Assembly: GCA_050699035.1 (NCBI GenBank) | Contig: JBOHDE010000003.1 | Coordinates: forward strand, 1 to 52,008 | Direction: 5' to 3' | Source: Nocardioidaceae bacterium | GTDB taxonomy: Bacteria; Actinomycetota; Actinomycetes; Propionibacteriales; Nocardioidaceae | Length of the DNA stretch: 52,008 nucleotides | Shown here: positions 1-9,874 of the stretch, piece by piece | Layout of the letters: each line of letters begins with the position of its first letter | Numbering within the stretch: the stretch's first letter is position 1 | Made by a program: the position numbers and the translations under genes | The notes under the pieces: generated by a model | The model's input: only the letters and a program-made list of their open reading frames with translations | What the model was told of the DNA's origin: nothing | Database searches by the model: none

Positions 1-153
1 AAGACGATGGGTCACGCCGGGGCGATCGTGTCCGGGTCGTCGGGCACCGCCGAGGCGAAGAAGACCGCGTTGGAGGCGGCCGGGGTCAGGGTCGGCAAGA
101 CCCCCTCCGAGACCGCCCAGCTGATGCGCGAGGTCCTCGAGACCACCGGCTGA
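1..153 (+). CDS. sucD: succinyl-CoA synthetase alpha subunit, C-terminal fragment (5' end lies outside the window)
   Basis: Frame 1 reads [50 protein letters not shown], then TGA at 151-153. The MGHAGAI..G..GTA..K tail is the conserved SucD C-terminus. It is absent from the ORF track because there is no start codon in the window. Confidence 0.85.
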   Translation, partial: KTMGHAGAIVSGSSGTAEAKKTALEAAGVRVGKTPSETAQLMREVLETTG

Positions 154-160
154 CCCCTTC

Positions 161-221
161 CGCTGAGTGTGACGTTTTCGACGACACGCCGGCGTGTCGC
201 GTCGAAAACGTCACGGTCAGC
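161..221. repeat. REP-like palindromic element, copy 1; probable bidirectional terminator between convergent genes
   Basis: The arms GTGACGTTTTCGACGACACGCC (169-190) and GGCGTGTCGCGTCGAAAACGTCAC (191-214) are near-perfect reverse complements. The element sits between the sucD stop (151-153) and the stop of the minus-strand gene (217-219). A related copy lies at 17345-17409. Confidence 0.7.
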
Positions 222-1083
222 GGGCGAGGCGCTCGGCGGCGACCGGCAGGGTCCGGATCTGCGGGTGCAGCGGCAGCCCGGTATCGGCCTCCTGCTCCTT
301 GTTGTAGGCCCAGTTGTTGTCCTGGCCTCGGACGATGATGCCGACCACCACCACACGGTCGCCGTTGATCACGACTCCCATGCTGTCGAAGAAGCCGACC
401 TCGGACTCGAGCGTGTCGGCGTACATCCCCTCGATGTACTGCGCCTCACCCTCCGGAACCGCAAGCCGTACCCAGTCCCCCATGTCAGGCCGGGGCTCAC
501 CGCCTCGTTCGCGGACGAGCTGTTCGCAACCGTCGCCGGCCTCGATCAGCAGGTCGTAGACGGCGCGGGCGGCGTCGGCGGAGCCGAACTGCATCGTGAT
601 CGCCTCCGCCTGGGGATTCTCGCCGGCGCTGCGGAACTTCTCGTGCCACAGCTCGGCCACGCCTCGATCCGCCGACAGGTTTGCGAGGACCTCGGTGTAG
701 CAGCCGGTGTCGCTGGACTCGAAGGACTCGGTCAGGCCGATCGAACCCCACTCGACTTCCGGACCCCAAGCGATGTCGCCGGCAGTCAGCCGCTGGTCCT
801 CGGTCAGCTCGGGAGCAGTCTCGATCGGCGTCTGAGTCGGGGCAGGTGTCCGTGTCGGCGCGATCGGCTGCGGAGCGGTCCCGAGGACATTGCCCGCCGC
901 GGCGACGGCCACACCGGCGCACAGAGCCACGGCGAGGCAGGCCGTGGCGACAGTGGTCGCGACCCGGCGGCGGTGCCGGCGGGCGCCCCGTGCGCGTACG
1001 TCGACTGCAGGGAGCGGGGTGGCCAGATCCCGACCTTCGCGGGCGAGCGCGCTGAGCTCGGCGATCGGGTCGCGGTCAGGCAT
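217..1083 (-). CDS. putative anti-sigma factor / single-pass membrane protein with an extracytoplasmic Cys-containing domain
   Basis: 288-aa ORF. Its start overlaps the stop of the upstream ECF sigma gene by 8 nt (1076-1083). It has an Arg-rich cytoplasmic N-terminus, one TM segment (TVATACLAVALCAGVAVAAAG), a Pro/Thr linker and a ~200-aa ectodomain with two Cys. Confidence 0.6.
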   Translation of the reverse strand: MPDRDPIAELSALAREGRDLATPLPAVDVRARGARRHRRRVATTVATACLAVALCAGVAVAAAGNVLGTAPQPIAPTRTPAPTQTPIETAPELTEDQRLTAGDIAWGPEVEWGSIGLTESFESSDTGCYTEVLANLSADRGVAELWHEKFRSAGENPQAEAITMQFGSADAARAVYDLLIEAGDGCEQLVRERGGEPRPDMGDWVRLAVPEGEAQYIEGMYADTLESEVGFFDSMGVVINGDRVVVVGIIVRGQDNNWAYNKEQEADTGLPLHPQIRTLPVAAERLAR

Positions 1084-1573
1084 GACGAGCCTCCTCGTTC
1101 TGGTCGTCGGTGAGCAGCGCCGCCAACGCTGTGCGGCCGCGGGACAGCCGCGCCTTCACGGTGCCGCTGGGGGCTCCGGTCTCCCGGGCGACCTCGTCGA
1201 CCGACAGGTCGCACAGGTGGTGCAGCACGATCGCCCGACGCTGTTCCTCGGGCAGCTGCTTGAGCGCCGCCACGAGAGCCGTGTGCGCGACGCCGGGCTC
1301 ACGTGGTGGCGCGGGCAGATGGGCGCGGTCGGGCGGCAGCAGCGAACGACGGGTGCGCCGCCAGCGGCTGACCGCGAGTCGCCAGGCGACGGTGCGTACC
1401 CATGCTTCTGGTGCGTGGGCGGCCTCGAGCTGCTTGCGGTGGTCCCAGGCGCGTACGAACGCCTCCTGCACGCAGTCCTGCGCCTCGGTGAAGTTGCCGC
1501 ACATCGCGTACACCTGGCCGACGAGGCGGCCGAACGACGCCGTGTAGAACGCGTCGAACGTGTCAGCATCCAC
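1076..1573 (-). CDS. ECF-type RNA polymerase sigma-70 family factor
   Basis: 165 aa. Region 2 reads FDAFYTASFGRLVGQVYAMCGNFTEAQDCVQEAFVRAW. Region 4 reads LPEEQRRAIVLHHLCDLSVDEVARETGAPSGTVKARLSRGR. These are typical sigma-70 r2/r4 motifs. Confidence 0.85.
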   Translation of the reverse strand: MDADTFDAFYTASFGRLVGQVYAMCGNFTEAQDCVQEAFVRAWDHRKQLEAAHAPEAWVRTVAWRLAVSRWRRTRRSLLPPDRAHLPAPPREPGVAHTALVAALKQLPEEQRRAIVLHHLCDLSVDEVARETGAPSGTVKARLSRGRTALAALLTDDQNEEARHA

Positions 1574-1634
1574 CGGCTCCCCCTTCTCGATTGTTACGAG
1601 TGTCTACGCCTTGGGGGTCTCGGCGGTTGCCACA

Positions 1635-2870
1635 TCAGGTCACAGACTGGCGTACGGCGTACTCGGGCCGCGCGAACTCCTCGCCGTCGAGTACGGCCAC
1701 CAGCTGCTCGACCGCCGCGTCGACGTCGACATGACGCAGGTAGAGCGGCGCGAAGCCGAACCGGGCGATGTCCGGTGCTCGGAAGTCGCCGACGACCCGG
1801 CGGGCGGCCAGGGCCTGGACGAGACCGAACGCCTCCGGGTGCCGCAGCGACACCTGGCTGCCGCGCCGCTCCGGGTCGATCGGCGTGACGACCTCGAGGT
1901 CGGTGTGAGCCTGCACCAGGTCGATGAACCGTCCGGTGAGCGACAGCGACTTCGCCCGCAGCAGCGCGAGGTCGACCCCGTCGAACGCGTCGAGGGCGGT
2001 GTCGAGGGCGACCAGCGAGAGCAGCGGCGCGGTGCCGACCCGCAGCCGTCCGATACCCGTCCGCGGCGTGTAGTCGCGCTGCATCGCGAACGGCTCGGCG
2101 TGCCCCCACCAACCGGTGATCGCGTGGTCGAGGTCGGCGTGCAGGCGCCGGGCGACGAAGGAGTACGCCGGTGCGCCGCTGCCGCCGTTGAGGTACTTGT
2201 AGCTGCAGCCCACGGCCAGGTCGGCGTCAATGGCGTGCAGGTCGAACGGCACGGCGCCGGTCGTGTGGCAGAGGTCCCAGAGCATCAGCGCGCCGGCGGC
2301 GTGGACGCCGGCGGTGATCGCCGACTCGTCGTACTTCCGACCGGTGCGGAAGTCGACATGGGTCAGGCAGACGACCGCAGTGTCGTCGTCGACGGCCGCG
2401 AGCGGGTCCGCCGGGTCGCACCAGCGCAGCTCCCGGTCGAAGGTGCGCGCGACCGACGCGGCGATGTAGCCGTCGGTCGGGAAGGTGGTCGGCTCGACCA
2501 CGACGACGCGCCGGTCCGGCCGGGCGCGAACCGCGGCGGCCAGCAGGTTGAACAGGTTGACCGACGTCGAGTCCGCCGCGACGACCTCGTCGGCGTCAGC
2601 ACCGACGAGCGGCGCGATCTTCGCGGCGACCCGCTCCGGCAGGTCGGACCAGCCGGCGGTGTTCCACGAGGCGTACAGGTCGTGGCCCCACTCGCGCGTG
2701 ACGACGTCGGCGACCCGTTCCTTGACCCCGCGCGGGAGCGCGCCGAGCGAGTTGCCCTCGAGGTAGATCAGCCCGCTGGGCAGCTCGAAACGGTCCCGCG
2801 TGTACGCGAGGGGGTCGTCACGGTCCAGTCGCTGCGCAGCGCTGCCGGTCGTGCCGCCCACGTCGGTCAT
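1635..2870 (-). CDS. kynU: kynureninase (PLP-dependent hydrolase)
   Basis: 411 aa. The N-terminus F.LP.GLIYLEGNSLGALP and the overall length and layout match the kynureninase family. The ATG is at 2868-2870. Confidence 0.8.
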   Translation of the reverse strand: MTDVGGTTGSAAQRLDRDDPLAYTRDRFELPSGLIYLEGNSLGALPRGVKERVADVVTREWGHDLYASWNTAGWSDLPERVAAKIAPLVGADADEVVAADSTSVNLFNLLAAAVRARPDRRVVVVEPTTFPTDGYIAASVARTFDRELRWCDPADPLAAVDDDTAVVCLTHVDFRTGRKYDESAITAGVHAAGALMLWDLCHTTGAVPFDLHAIDADLAVGCSYKYLNGGSGAPAYSFVARRLHADLDHAITGWWGHAEPFAMQRDYTPRTGIGRLRVGTAPLLSLVALDTALDAFDGVDLALLRAKSLSLTGRFIDLVQAHTDLEVVTPIDPERRGSQVSLRHPEAFGLVQALAARRVVGDFRAPDIARFGFAPLYLRHVDVDAAVEQLVAVLDGEEFARPEYAVRQSVT

Positions 2871-2880
2871 GGGCGTCAGG

Positions 2881-4740
2881 CTACGAGGGGATGGTGCTCA
2901 GCCGCTCACCGGCCCGGATCACCAGGGCGCGGAACCGTTGCGGTGTCATGTCGTAGCTGCCGCTCGGTGAGAGGTTCACCTGGGCGATGTGTTTGCCGCG
3001 CCGGACCAGGGCGACGCGGTACGTCGCCGTCCGGCCCTCGGACAGCTCGAACTGGAACCGCCACACCCGGGCCTTCGTGCGCCCGGAGGTGATCGTCGTG
3101 GCGTCCGAGACGGTGGCGTTGATCTCGCGGTCGGCGCAGTCCGCGACCGTGTCCTCGACCTTGCGGACGAAACGTGCGGCCGTGTTGGAGCTGCCGAACG
3201 TGCCGACCGTCTCGGACAGCCCGAAGCCGTCCGGCACGAACTTCGCCTTCGGGATCACGAAGATCCGGGCGCGGGCCTTGCTGCTCTTGGCGAAGGTGGC
3301 CCGGTCGCAGGGCGTCGACGACGGGTTCTTGCCGGCCGACTTGGGCTTGGTGGCGGCCCACGGACTGGCGACACCCTTGATCTGGGGCAGGTCGAGCGGT
3401 GCCAAGAACCCTGGGTTGGACTGCAGCGCCGGCACGGGTACCGGGCGCAACGTCGGTTTCGCCGTCGCACAGCTGCCCTCGCCGACCTTGCAGACGGTCG
3501 AGACGGTCATCGCCAACCGCTTCACCACGCGTGCCTCGGAGATCGGCTTCTTGCCCGTCGTGGTGGCGACCACCGCGCTGGTGAGCTTGCCCGTACGGGC
3601 GACGCCGACGGTGATGTTCTTCGCCCGCTTGCCACCCTCGCGCAGCGACACCACGGTGGCCTGGTCGCCGAGACCGCCGACGGTCTGCACCTGCAGTAGC
3701 TGGATGCTCTCCTGCGTACAGGTGGCGAACCACGAGCGCATCTCGGCGTAGGCCCTGGACGCGTGCTTGGCCGAGGTGGACTGCTCGATCACCTGCAAGG
3801 CGTTCGTGTCGGGCGCGCCGACCGCCTCGAACTGGCGGATGAGCACCTGCTTGGCGTCCGGGTCGGCGAGGGTGCGCCGCTGGCACAGGGTGTACGCGCC
3901 GTCCTTGTTCAGCGGGCCGGACGTCGTCATCGCCGTACTCCACTGCGTGTGTTGCGGGCTCAGCGAGCGCAGGTCGCGCAGCGCGAGCAGGTCGCTGGTG
4001 CCCAACGTCCGAGCCGCGGTCGGTTCGGCCTTCGGCGCCGGCTTGGCCCCGGCCGGCGTGTCGTCGGTCACCGACGCGGCGGTGGTGGGTGGGGACTGCT
4101 GGGTGATCAGCGAGCCGCCACCGACGATCAGTGCGGCCGCCGCGGCGACGCCGAGAACGGTGTGCTGGCGCAGCCGCTTGTCCCCGGCCCGGCGTACCGC
4201 GGACGCCCGCATCAGGGTGATCCGGGCGGCGTCTGTCTCGATGTCGCGCAGGGCCTGCTCGAGTGTGGGCCCGGGCGTGGGCTGGTCGGCGCCCGCGGCC
4301 GAGTCGTCCCAGGCGGCCTCCGCGCGGATGAGCGTGTTCGCCGCGGCCGTGGTGGTCACGCCGGCCTCGCGCGCGAGCTGGTCGTCGGGTAGCCCGGCCA
4401 GGTGGTGCAAGACGGCGACGCGGCGTTGGTTGATCGACAGGTCCTGCAGCCGGTCGGCGTACGCATCCGCCGGGACCGCGCCCTGCGACCGCGGTCGGCG
4501 GTAGTGGAGCCGACGGCGCCGCGGCAGTTGGCTCCCGGCGACCCGCCAGGCCTCGGCGCGCACCCAGGCGACCGGGTCGTCGAGGTGGGTCACCTTCGAC
4601 CAGTGGCTCCACGCATGCGCGAAGCCGTGCTCGACGGCAGAGGCCGCGCCGTCGACATTGCCGGTCAGAGCGTAGGTCTGGTGCAGCAGCGAGGCGCGGG
4701 TGCCGTGGTAGAACGCGTCGAAGTCGTCGACCCGTGACAT
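2881..4740 (-). CDS. sigma-70-like N-terminal domain fused to a TM helix and a large two-module extracytoplasmic domain (membrane-tethered sigma/anti-sigma-like protein)
   Basis: The ORF track gives 2881..4779. I prefer the start at MSRVDDFDAFYHG (4740). Residues 1-150 resemble degenerate sigma r2/r4 (DDPVAWVRAEAWRVA; LSINQRRVAVLHHLAGLPDDQLAREAGV). A TM segment (HTVLGVAAAAALIVGGGSLI) follows, then a ~400-aa ectodomain with paired Cys. Confidence 0.6.
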   Translation of the reverse strand: MSRVDDFDAFYHGTRASLLHQTYALTGNVDGAASAVEHGFAHAWSHWSKVTHLDDPVAWVRAEAWRVAGSQLPRRRRLHYRRPRSQGAVPADAYADRLQDLSINQRRVAVLHHLAGLPDDQLAREAGVTTTAAANTLIRAEAAWDDSAAGADQPTPGPTLEQALRDIETDAARITLMRASAVRRAGDKRLRQHTVLGVAAAAALIVGGGSLITQQSPPTTAASVTDDTPAGAKPAPKAEPTAARTLGTSDLLALRDLRSLSPQHTQWSTAMTTSGPLNKDGAYTLCQRRTLADPDAKQVLIRQFEAVGAPDTNALQVIEQSTSAKHASRAYAEMRSWFATCTQESIQLLQVQTVGGLGDQATVVSLREGGKRAKNITVGVARTGKLTSAVVATTTGKKPISEARVVKRLAMTVSTVCKVGEGSCATAKPTLRPVPVPALQSNPGFLAPLDLPQIKGVASPWAATKPKSAGKNPSSTPCDRATFAKSSKARARIFVIPKAKFVPDGFGLSETVGTFGSSNTAARFVRKVEDTVADCADREINATVSDATTITSGRTKARVWRFQFELSEGRTATYRVALVRRGKHIAQVNLSPSGSYDMTPQRFRALVIRAGERLSTIPS

Positions 4741-4892
4741 GCCACGCTCCCGGTTTGGTTTCGGCGGTCTGATCCTCACTGAAGGTACGGGAGGTCGGCA
4801 AGGGACGGAAATCTCCCGGTGACCGGGGTTACATCCCCCGCGGGGGCGTCGCTCGGCGTGTCCGCGCGCCTACTTCGGTCTCGGCGGCGACG

Positions 4893-6101
4893 ATGGGAGC
4901 GATGACTGACCTCCTGGGCCGAGCCGACCGCGGGGTCGAGGGCGCGGCTGTTCGCGGGAGTCGACAGGCGGAGCTGCCCGCGTCGGTCGCCGCGGCGGCG
5001 AGCGCCGTCGCCGCGGTGCTGTCGGGCCTCGCTGGGTGCCTGCTGCTGGCGATGGTCGGCTGGGTCGCCGGTCCGCGCGGCGAGGTGGTCGAGGGGGTAC
5101 GCGCCGGCGCGCTCGGCTGGCTGATGGGTCACGGCAGCGGCCTGCAGGTGGGTACGACCGAGATCAGCGCGACCCCGCTCGGCCTGACCCTGCTGCTCGG
5201 GGCGGTGGTCTGGCGCGGTGGCCGGTGGGCCGCCGAGCAGTCCGAGGTCGCCGACGCGCGAGCCGTCGTCCTGTCGGCCGCCACCTTGGCTGCGTGCTAT
5301 GCCGCACTGGCGACTCTGGTGTCCCTGCTCGCGTCCAGCGACGCGGCGTCGGTGTCGCCGCTGCGGGCGATGGTCGGCTCGTTCCTCGTCGCCGTGGTCT
5401 TCGGCGGTGCCGGCCTCGCCGTCGGTGCGGGCGGCCTGCGCGGACTGACCGCGGGTTGGCCGGACGATGTCGTCGCCGCCCTCCGCGGCGGGCTGGGCAC
5501 GGTCGCGGTGCTGCTGGGCCTCGGCGCGGCCGCGGTGACGGTGGGCCTGGTGGCTGACTTCGGTCGGGCCGCGACGGTGGCCGACTCGCTGGCGGCTGGG
5601 ACGGTCGGCGGTGCCGTCCTCACGGTCCTCGGCGTTCTCCTGCTGCCGAACGCCGCCCTGCTCGCGTCGGCGTACCTGATGGGTCCGGGCTTCGTCCTCG
5701 GCACCGGCACCCTGGTCGCCCCGACCGGTGTCGACCTCGGCCCGGTGCCCGCCGTACCCCTGCTCGCGGCCCTGCCCAGCGACGGTGCGGCGCCGGTCTG
5801 GGCGCTGCTGTTGGTCGGCGCGCCGGTGCTGGCGGGAGCGATCGGGGCAGCGGTCGCGCTGCGCGCCCATCCGGTCGACGCGCTCGACGCCGCCGCGCTC
5901 CGCGGTGGGGTGGCTGGTGTGCTCGGCGGCACCGTCGCCGGGCTGCTGACCGGGCTGGCCGGGGGCTCCGTCGGGCCGGGCCGGATGGCCGACGTCGGCG
6001 CCTTGGTGTGGCAGTGCGCGGGGGTCGCCGGCGTGGCGGCGGGCATCGGCGGAGCCGTCGCCGGTCTCGTCCTCGCGTGGCGGGCTCGACGCCGGGCTTG
6101 A
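4893..6101 (+). CDS. polytopic Ala/Gly/Leu-rich integral membrane protein, PerM/DUF6350-like by position and composition
   Basis: 402 aa with many predicted TM helices. It sits immediately upstream of purN-purH, as mycobacterial perM (Rv0955) does. The family assignment rests on synteny and composition only. Confidence 0.55.
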   Translation: MGAMTDLLGRADRGVEGAAVRGSRQAELPASVAAAASAVAAVLSGLAGCLLLAMVGWVAGPRGEVVEGVRAGALGWLMGHGSGLQVGTTEISATPLGLTLLLGAVVWRGGRWAAEQSEVADARAVVLSAATLAACYAALATLVSLLASSDAASVSPLRAMVGSFLVAVVFGGAGLAVGAGGLRGLTAGWPDDVVAALRGGLGTVAVLLGLGAAAVTVGLVADFGRAATVADSLAAGTVGGAVLTVLGVLLLPNAALLASAYLMGPGFVLGTGTLVAPTGVDLGPVPAVPLLAALPSDGAAPVWALLLVGAPVLAGAIGAAVALRAHPVDALDAAALRGGVAGVLGGTVAGLLTGLAGGSVGPGRMADVGALVWQCAGVAGVAAGIGGAVAGLVLAWRARRRA

Positions 6102-6116
6102 CACCACCGTCAGCCG

Positions 6117-6764
6117 TTGACCGCAGCGCCGTCGCGGATCGCTATCGTGTGCGGCGTGTCCGCCCGCGTCGTCGTCCTCGTCTCCGGGGCCGGAACCAAC
6201 CTGCAGGCCCTGCTCGACGCGTGCGCGGACCCTTCGTACGGTGCGACCGTGGTCGCGGGCGGCGCCGACCGCGACGGCATCGAGGGGCTGGCCCGAGCCG
6301 AGCGAGCCGGCCTGCCGACATTCGTGCACCGGGTCGGCGAGTACGCCAGCCGGGCGGAATGGGACAAGGCGCTGACCGCGTCGGTCGGGTCGTTCGAGCC
6401 GGACCTGGTCGTGCTGGCCGGGTTCATGAAGCTCACCGGCGAGGCGTTCCTGGCGGCGTTCGGCGGCCGGACGGTCAACACCCACCCGGCGCTGTCGCCG
6501 TCGTTCCCCGGCATGCACGGCCCGCGGGAGGCCCTGGAGTACGGCGTCAAGGTCACCGGCTGCACGCTGTTCGTCGTCGACGCCGGTGTGGACAGCGGGC
6601 CAATCGTGGCGCAGGCCCCCGTACCCGTCGCCGCCGACGACACCGTGGACTCGCTGCACGAACGCATCAAGACCGTCGAGCGGGCGATGCTCGTCGACGC
6701 GGTGGGCCGGATGGCCCGCGAAGGATTCACCGTCTCCGGCAGGAAGGTTCGGTTCGGCTCGTGA
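6117..6764 (+). CDS. purN: phosphoribosylglycinamide formyltransferase
   Basis: Contains the [17 protein letters not shown] motif plus [13 protein letters not shown]. Position 6117 is a TTG, and in-frame GTGs at 6147 and 6156 are more likely true starts. The stop overlaps the purH GTG (GTGA at 6761-6764). Confidence 0.9.
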   Translation: MTAAPSRIAIVCGVSARVVVLVSGAGTNLQALLDACADPSYGATVVAGGADRDGIEGLARAERAGLPTFVHRVGEYASRAEWDKALTASVGSFEPDLVVLAGFMKLTGEAFLAAFGGRTVNTHPALSPSFPGMHGPREALEYGVKVTGCTLFVVDAGVDSGPIVAQAPVPVAADDTVDSLHERIKTVERAMLVDAVGRMAREGFTVSGRKVRFGS

Positions 6765-8329
6765 GCACCGAAGACCGGCGCCCGATCACGCGCGCCCTGA
6801 TCTCCGTCTACGACAAGACCGGGCTGGAAGAGCTGGCCCGCGGTCTCCATGACGCCGGCGTCGCGCTGGTCTCCACCGGGTCGACCGCTCTTCGGATCGC
6901 CGCCGCCGGCGTGCCCGTTACCAAGGTCGAGGAGCTGACCGAGTTCCCGGAGTGTCTCGACGGCCGGGTGAAGACGCTGCACCCGGCCGTGCACGCCGGG
7001 ATCCTGGCCGACCTGCGGCTCGAGTCGCACCGCGTGCAGCTCGCCGAGCTCGGGATCGAGCCGTTCGACCTGGTGGTGTCCAACCTCTACCCGTTCACCG
7101 ACACGGTGGCGTCGGGCGCGTCCGAGGACGAGTGCGTGGAGCAGATCGACATCGGCGGGCCGTCGATGGTGCGGGCCGCGGCCAAGAACCACGCCAGCGT
7201 GGCGATCGTCGTGTCGCCGGCGGTCTACGGGGACGTGCTGGCGGCGGTGGCTGCGGGCGGCTTCACCCTCGCGGCCCGGCAGCGGCTGGCCGCGGAGGCG
7301 TTCGTGCACACCGCGACGTACGACGTGAACGTCGCCTCCTGGATGGGCAGCACGATCACCGACACCAGCGAGGGCACCGGCTGGCCGGCCTGGGTCGGCG
7401 CGACGTGGAACAAGTCGGCGGTGCTGCGCTACGGCGAGAACCCGCACCAGCGCGCGGCGCTCTACACGTCCGGCTTCGTGCCCGAGCCGGGGCTGGCGCA
7501 GGCCGAGCAGCTGCATGGCAAGGAGATGTCGTACAACAACGTGGTCGACGCGGACGCGGCCCGACGGGCGGCGTACGACTTCGACGGGCCGGCGGTCGCC
7601 ATCATCAAGCACGCCAACCCGTGCGGCATCGCGGTCGGCGCCGACGTGGCCGAAGCGCACCGCAAGGCGCACGCGTGCGACCCGGTGTCGGCCTTCGGCG
7701 GGGTGATCGCGGTGAACCGGCCGGTGTCGGTGGAGATGGCCCGGCAGGTGGCGGAGGTGTTCACCGAGGTCGTGGTCGCCCCGGCGTACGACGACGAGGC
7801 GGTCGAGGTCCTCACCGTGAAGAAGAACATCCGACTGCTGGTGGCCGGCGACGCGAGCCGCGGGGGGATCGAGATGCGCGCGATCTCGGGCGGGCTGCTG
7901 CTGCAGGCCCGGGATGCGATCGACGCGGCCGGTGACGCGGCGGCGTCGTGGCAGCTGGCGACCGGGTCGGCGTTGTCGGACGCGGAGCTGGCGGAGCTGG
8001 AGTTCGCCTGGCGGGCCTGCCGGGCGGTGAAGTCCAACGCGATCCTGCTGGCGTCCGGGGGAGCGACGGTGGGGGTCGGCATGGGTCAGGTCAACCGGGT
8101 CGACTCGGCCCGGCTGGCGGTGTCGCGGGCCGGGTCGCGGGCGGCCGGCTCGTTCGCTGCGTCGGACGCGTTCTTCCCGTTCGCCGACGGGCTGCAGGTG
8201 CTGCTCGACGCCGGCGTACGGGCGGTCGTGCAGCCCGGCGGGTCGGTTCGCGACGAGGAGGTCATCGGCGCGGCCAAGGCGGCCGGAGCCACGATGTATC
8301 TCACCGGCACCCGCCACTTCTTCCACTGA
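6761..8329 (+). CDS. purH: bifunctional AICAR formyltransferase / IMP cyclohydrolase
   Basis: Begins [29 protein letters not shown] (MGS-like domain) and ends GTRHFFH. It is 522 aa measured from the GTG at 6761. The longer ORF-track entry (6008..) is an artefactual upstream extension across purN. Confidence 0.95.
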   Translation: MSTEDRRPITRALISVYDKTGLEELARGLHDAGVALVSTGSTALRIAAAGVPVTKVEELTEFPECLDGRVKTLHPAVHAGILADLRLESHRVQLAELGIEPFDLVVSNLYPFTDTVASGASEDECVEQIDIGGPSMVRAAAKNHASVAIVVSPAVYGDVLAAVAAGGFTLAARQRLAAEAFVHTATYDVNVASWMGSTITDTSEGTGWPAWVGATWNKSAVLRYGENPHQRAALYTSGFVPEPGLAQAEQLHGKEMSYNNVVDADAARRAAYDFDGPAVAIIKHANPCGIAVGADVAEAHRKAHACDPVSAFGGVIAVNRPVSVEMARQVAEVFTEVVVAPAYDDEAVEVLTVKKNIRLLVAGDASRGGIEMRAISGGLLLQARDAIDAAGDAAASWQLATGSALSDAELAELEFAWRACRAVKSNAILLASGGATVGVGMGQVNRVDSARLAVSRAGSRAAGSFAASDAFFPFADGLQVLLDAGVRAVVQPGGSVRDEEVIGAAKAAGATMYLTGTRHFFH

Positions 8330-8381
8330 CCGGGATCCATCGCGTCGAGGTTGCGCGTATGTCCGGGATCCCTCGCCGTCC

Positions 8382-8690
8382 GGTGGCGACTCACCCCCAC
8401 ACGTACCCGTGCCGTTCCCGGAGTCTCGGATCGGGGACCCGTGCGCGGCCCATGTCGAGGTCTAGTGGTCCGGTCGTCGCCGTCTGCGCGCACGTGTTCC
8501 CAGATCGCATGGCTCGCGGCCCGGCGGCTGCATTCCGGGAACACGTGCTCCCGGACTGCAATCGCGGACGTCCGAACGTGGCGACTCACCCCCACGCGTA
8601 CCCGATCATCCCCACGCCTGCAGGAGTGGGGATGTTTGGGAACGGCACGGACCCGTGCCGTTCCGGAGTCCCGGATCGGGGGCAGTGGGC
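8382..8690. repeat. repeat-rich purH-folD spacer: split ~55-bp direct repeat plus nested hairpins
   Basis: GTGGCGACTCACCCCCAC occurs at 8383-8400 and 8578-8595. CCCGTGCCGTTCC(C)GGAGTC(T/C)CGGATCGGGG occurs at 8406-8436 and 8652-8681. A 12-bp perfect inverted repeat, GCACGTGTTCCC / GGGAACACGTGC, lies at 8490-8501 and 8537-8548. Copy 2 carries extra hairpins. Confidence 0.7.
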
Positions 8691-8711
8691 CGGCTGGCAG
8701 ACTGTCCTCCC

Positions 8712-9581
8712 GTGACGGCACAGATCTTGGACGGCAAGGCCACGGCGGCGACCATCAAGGCCGAGCTGACCCGGCGCGTCGAGCGGCTGAAGTCCCAGGG
8801 CATCGTGCCCGGGCTCGGCACCGTCTTGGTGGGTGACGACCCTGGCAGCCACTCCTACGTGGCCGGCAAGCACCGCGACTGCGCCCAGGTCGGCATCGAG
8901 TCGGTCCGGGTCGACCTGCCGGCCGACGTCAGCCAGCAGGAGCTCGAGGCGCGGGTCGCCGAGCTCAACGCCGACCCTGCCATCACCGGCTACCTCGTGC
9001 AGCTGCCGCTCCCCGGCGACCTGGACGACAACCGCGTGCTCGGCCTGGTCGACCCGGCCAAGGACGCCGACGGCCTGCACCCCACCAACCTCGGGTGGCT
9101 CGTCCTCGGCCGGCCCGCCCCCCTGCCGTGCACACCGCGTGGCATCGTCGAGCTGCTGCGCCGGTTCGAGGTCGAGATCGCCGGTGCGGAGGTCTGCGTG
9201 ATCGGCCGCGGGATCACGGTCGGCCGGCCGTTGGGGCTGCTGCTCACCCGGCGCAGCGAGAACGCCACCGCGACCCTCACCCATACCGGCACCCGCGACC
9301 TGGGCAGCCACACCCGCAAGGCCGACATCGTGGTCGCCGCGGCCGGCAACCCCGGCCTGGTGACGGCCGACATGCTCAAGCCCGGCGCGGTCGTCCTCGA
9401 CGTCGGCCTCACCCGCACCGACAAGGGGCTCGTCGGCGACGTACACGCCAGCGCTCACGACGTGGCGTCGTGGATCGCGCCGATGCCCGGCGGAGTGGGA
9501 CCGATGACGCGGGCGATGCTGCTCAGCAACGTCGTCGAGGCCGCCGAGCGGCAGGTCGAGCGGTCAGCCGTCTCCGCATGA
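8712..9581 (+). CDS. folD: bifunctional methylene-THF dehydrogenase / methenyl-THF cyclohydrolase
   Basis: Starts at a GTG: [19 protein letters not shown]. Carries the motifs [25 protein letters not shown] and MPGGVGPMT. 289 aa. Confidence 0.95.
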   Translation: MTAQILDGKATAATIKAELTRRVERLKSQGIVPGLGTVLVGDDPGSHSYVAGKHRDCAQVGIESVRVDLPADVSQQELEARVAELNADPAITGYLVQLPLPGDLDDNRVLGLVDPAKDADGLHPTNLGWLVLGRPAPLPCTPRGIVELLRRFEVEIAGAEVCVIGRGITVGRPLGLLLTRRSENATATLTHTGTRDLGSHTRKADIVVAAAGNPGLVTADMLKPGAVVLDVGLTRTDKGLVGDVHASAHDVASWIAPMPGGVGPMTRAMLLSNVVEAAERQVERSAVSA

Positions 9582-9874
9582 CCCAACCCTCAGCACCAAC
9601 GCCGGGAGGCCGGCCGCTCGGCACCGTGGCGTTCGCCGCCGCCGTGCTGCTCGGAGCGTTCGGTGTCGTGCTGGCGATGACCGGTCCTTGGCGGCAGGGC
9701 GTCGGCTACCTCGGCTCGTCGGTGCTGATCGCGTGCCTGGCCCGGTTCGCCCTGCCGGACCGGATGGCCGGCATGTTGCGGGTACGCCGCAAGTCCGTCG
9801 ACGTGGTGATCCTGGCCGCGCTCGGCCTCGGTGTTGTGGCGCTCGCCCTCGTCGTACCCGACTCCCGACCCTGA
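9578..9874 (+). CDS. small two-TM membrane protein (DUF3017-like) coupled to folD
   Basis: An ATGA overlap with the folD stop (9578-9581). 98 aa with two hydrophobic helices. A small membrane protein downstream of folD is common in actinobacteria. Confidence 0.55.
   Translation: MTQPSAPTPGGRPLGTVAFAAAVLLGAFGVVLAMTGPWRQGVGYLGSSVLIACLARFALPDRMAGMLRVRRKSVDVVILAALGLGVVALALVVPDSRP

Noticed and set aside
6008-6760. N-terminal 250-aa extension of the purH ORF (the track entry starts at 6008).
   Set aside because: The extension is Arg-rich and overlaps purN, which is clearly coding in another frame. purH homology begins at the GTG at 6761, which is translationally coupled to the purN stop.
8330-8711. 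ZTP (pfl) riboswitch, or a CRISPR-like array, in the purH-folD spacer.
   Set aside because: I could not find the conserved ZTP elements (a GACUGGCG-type 5' subdomain and a CCGCCUGGGC-type 3' hairpin). The repeats are only two copies, of unequal length and with nested hairpins, not regularly spaced repeat-spacer units. An Infernal scan would be decisive.
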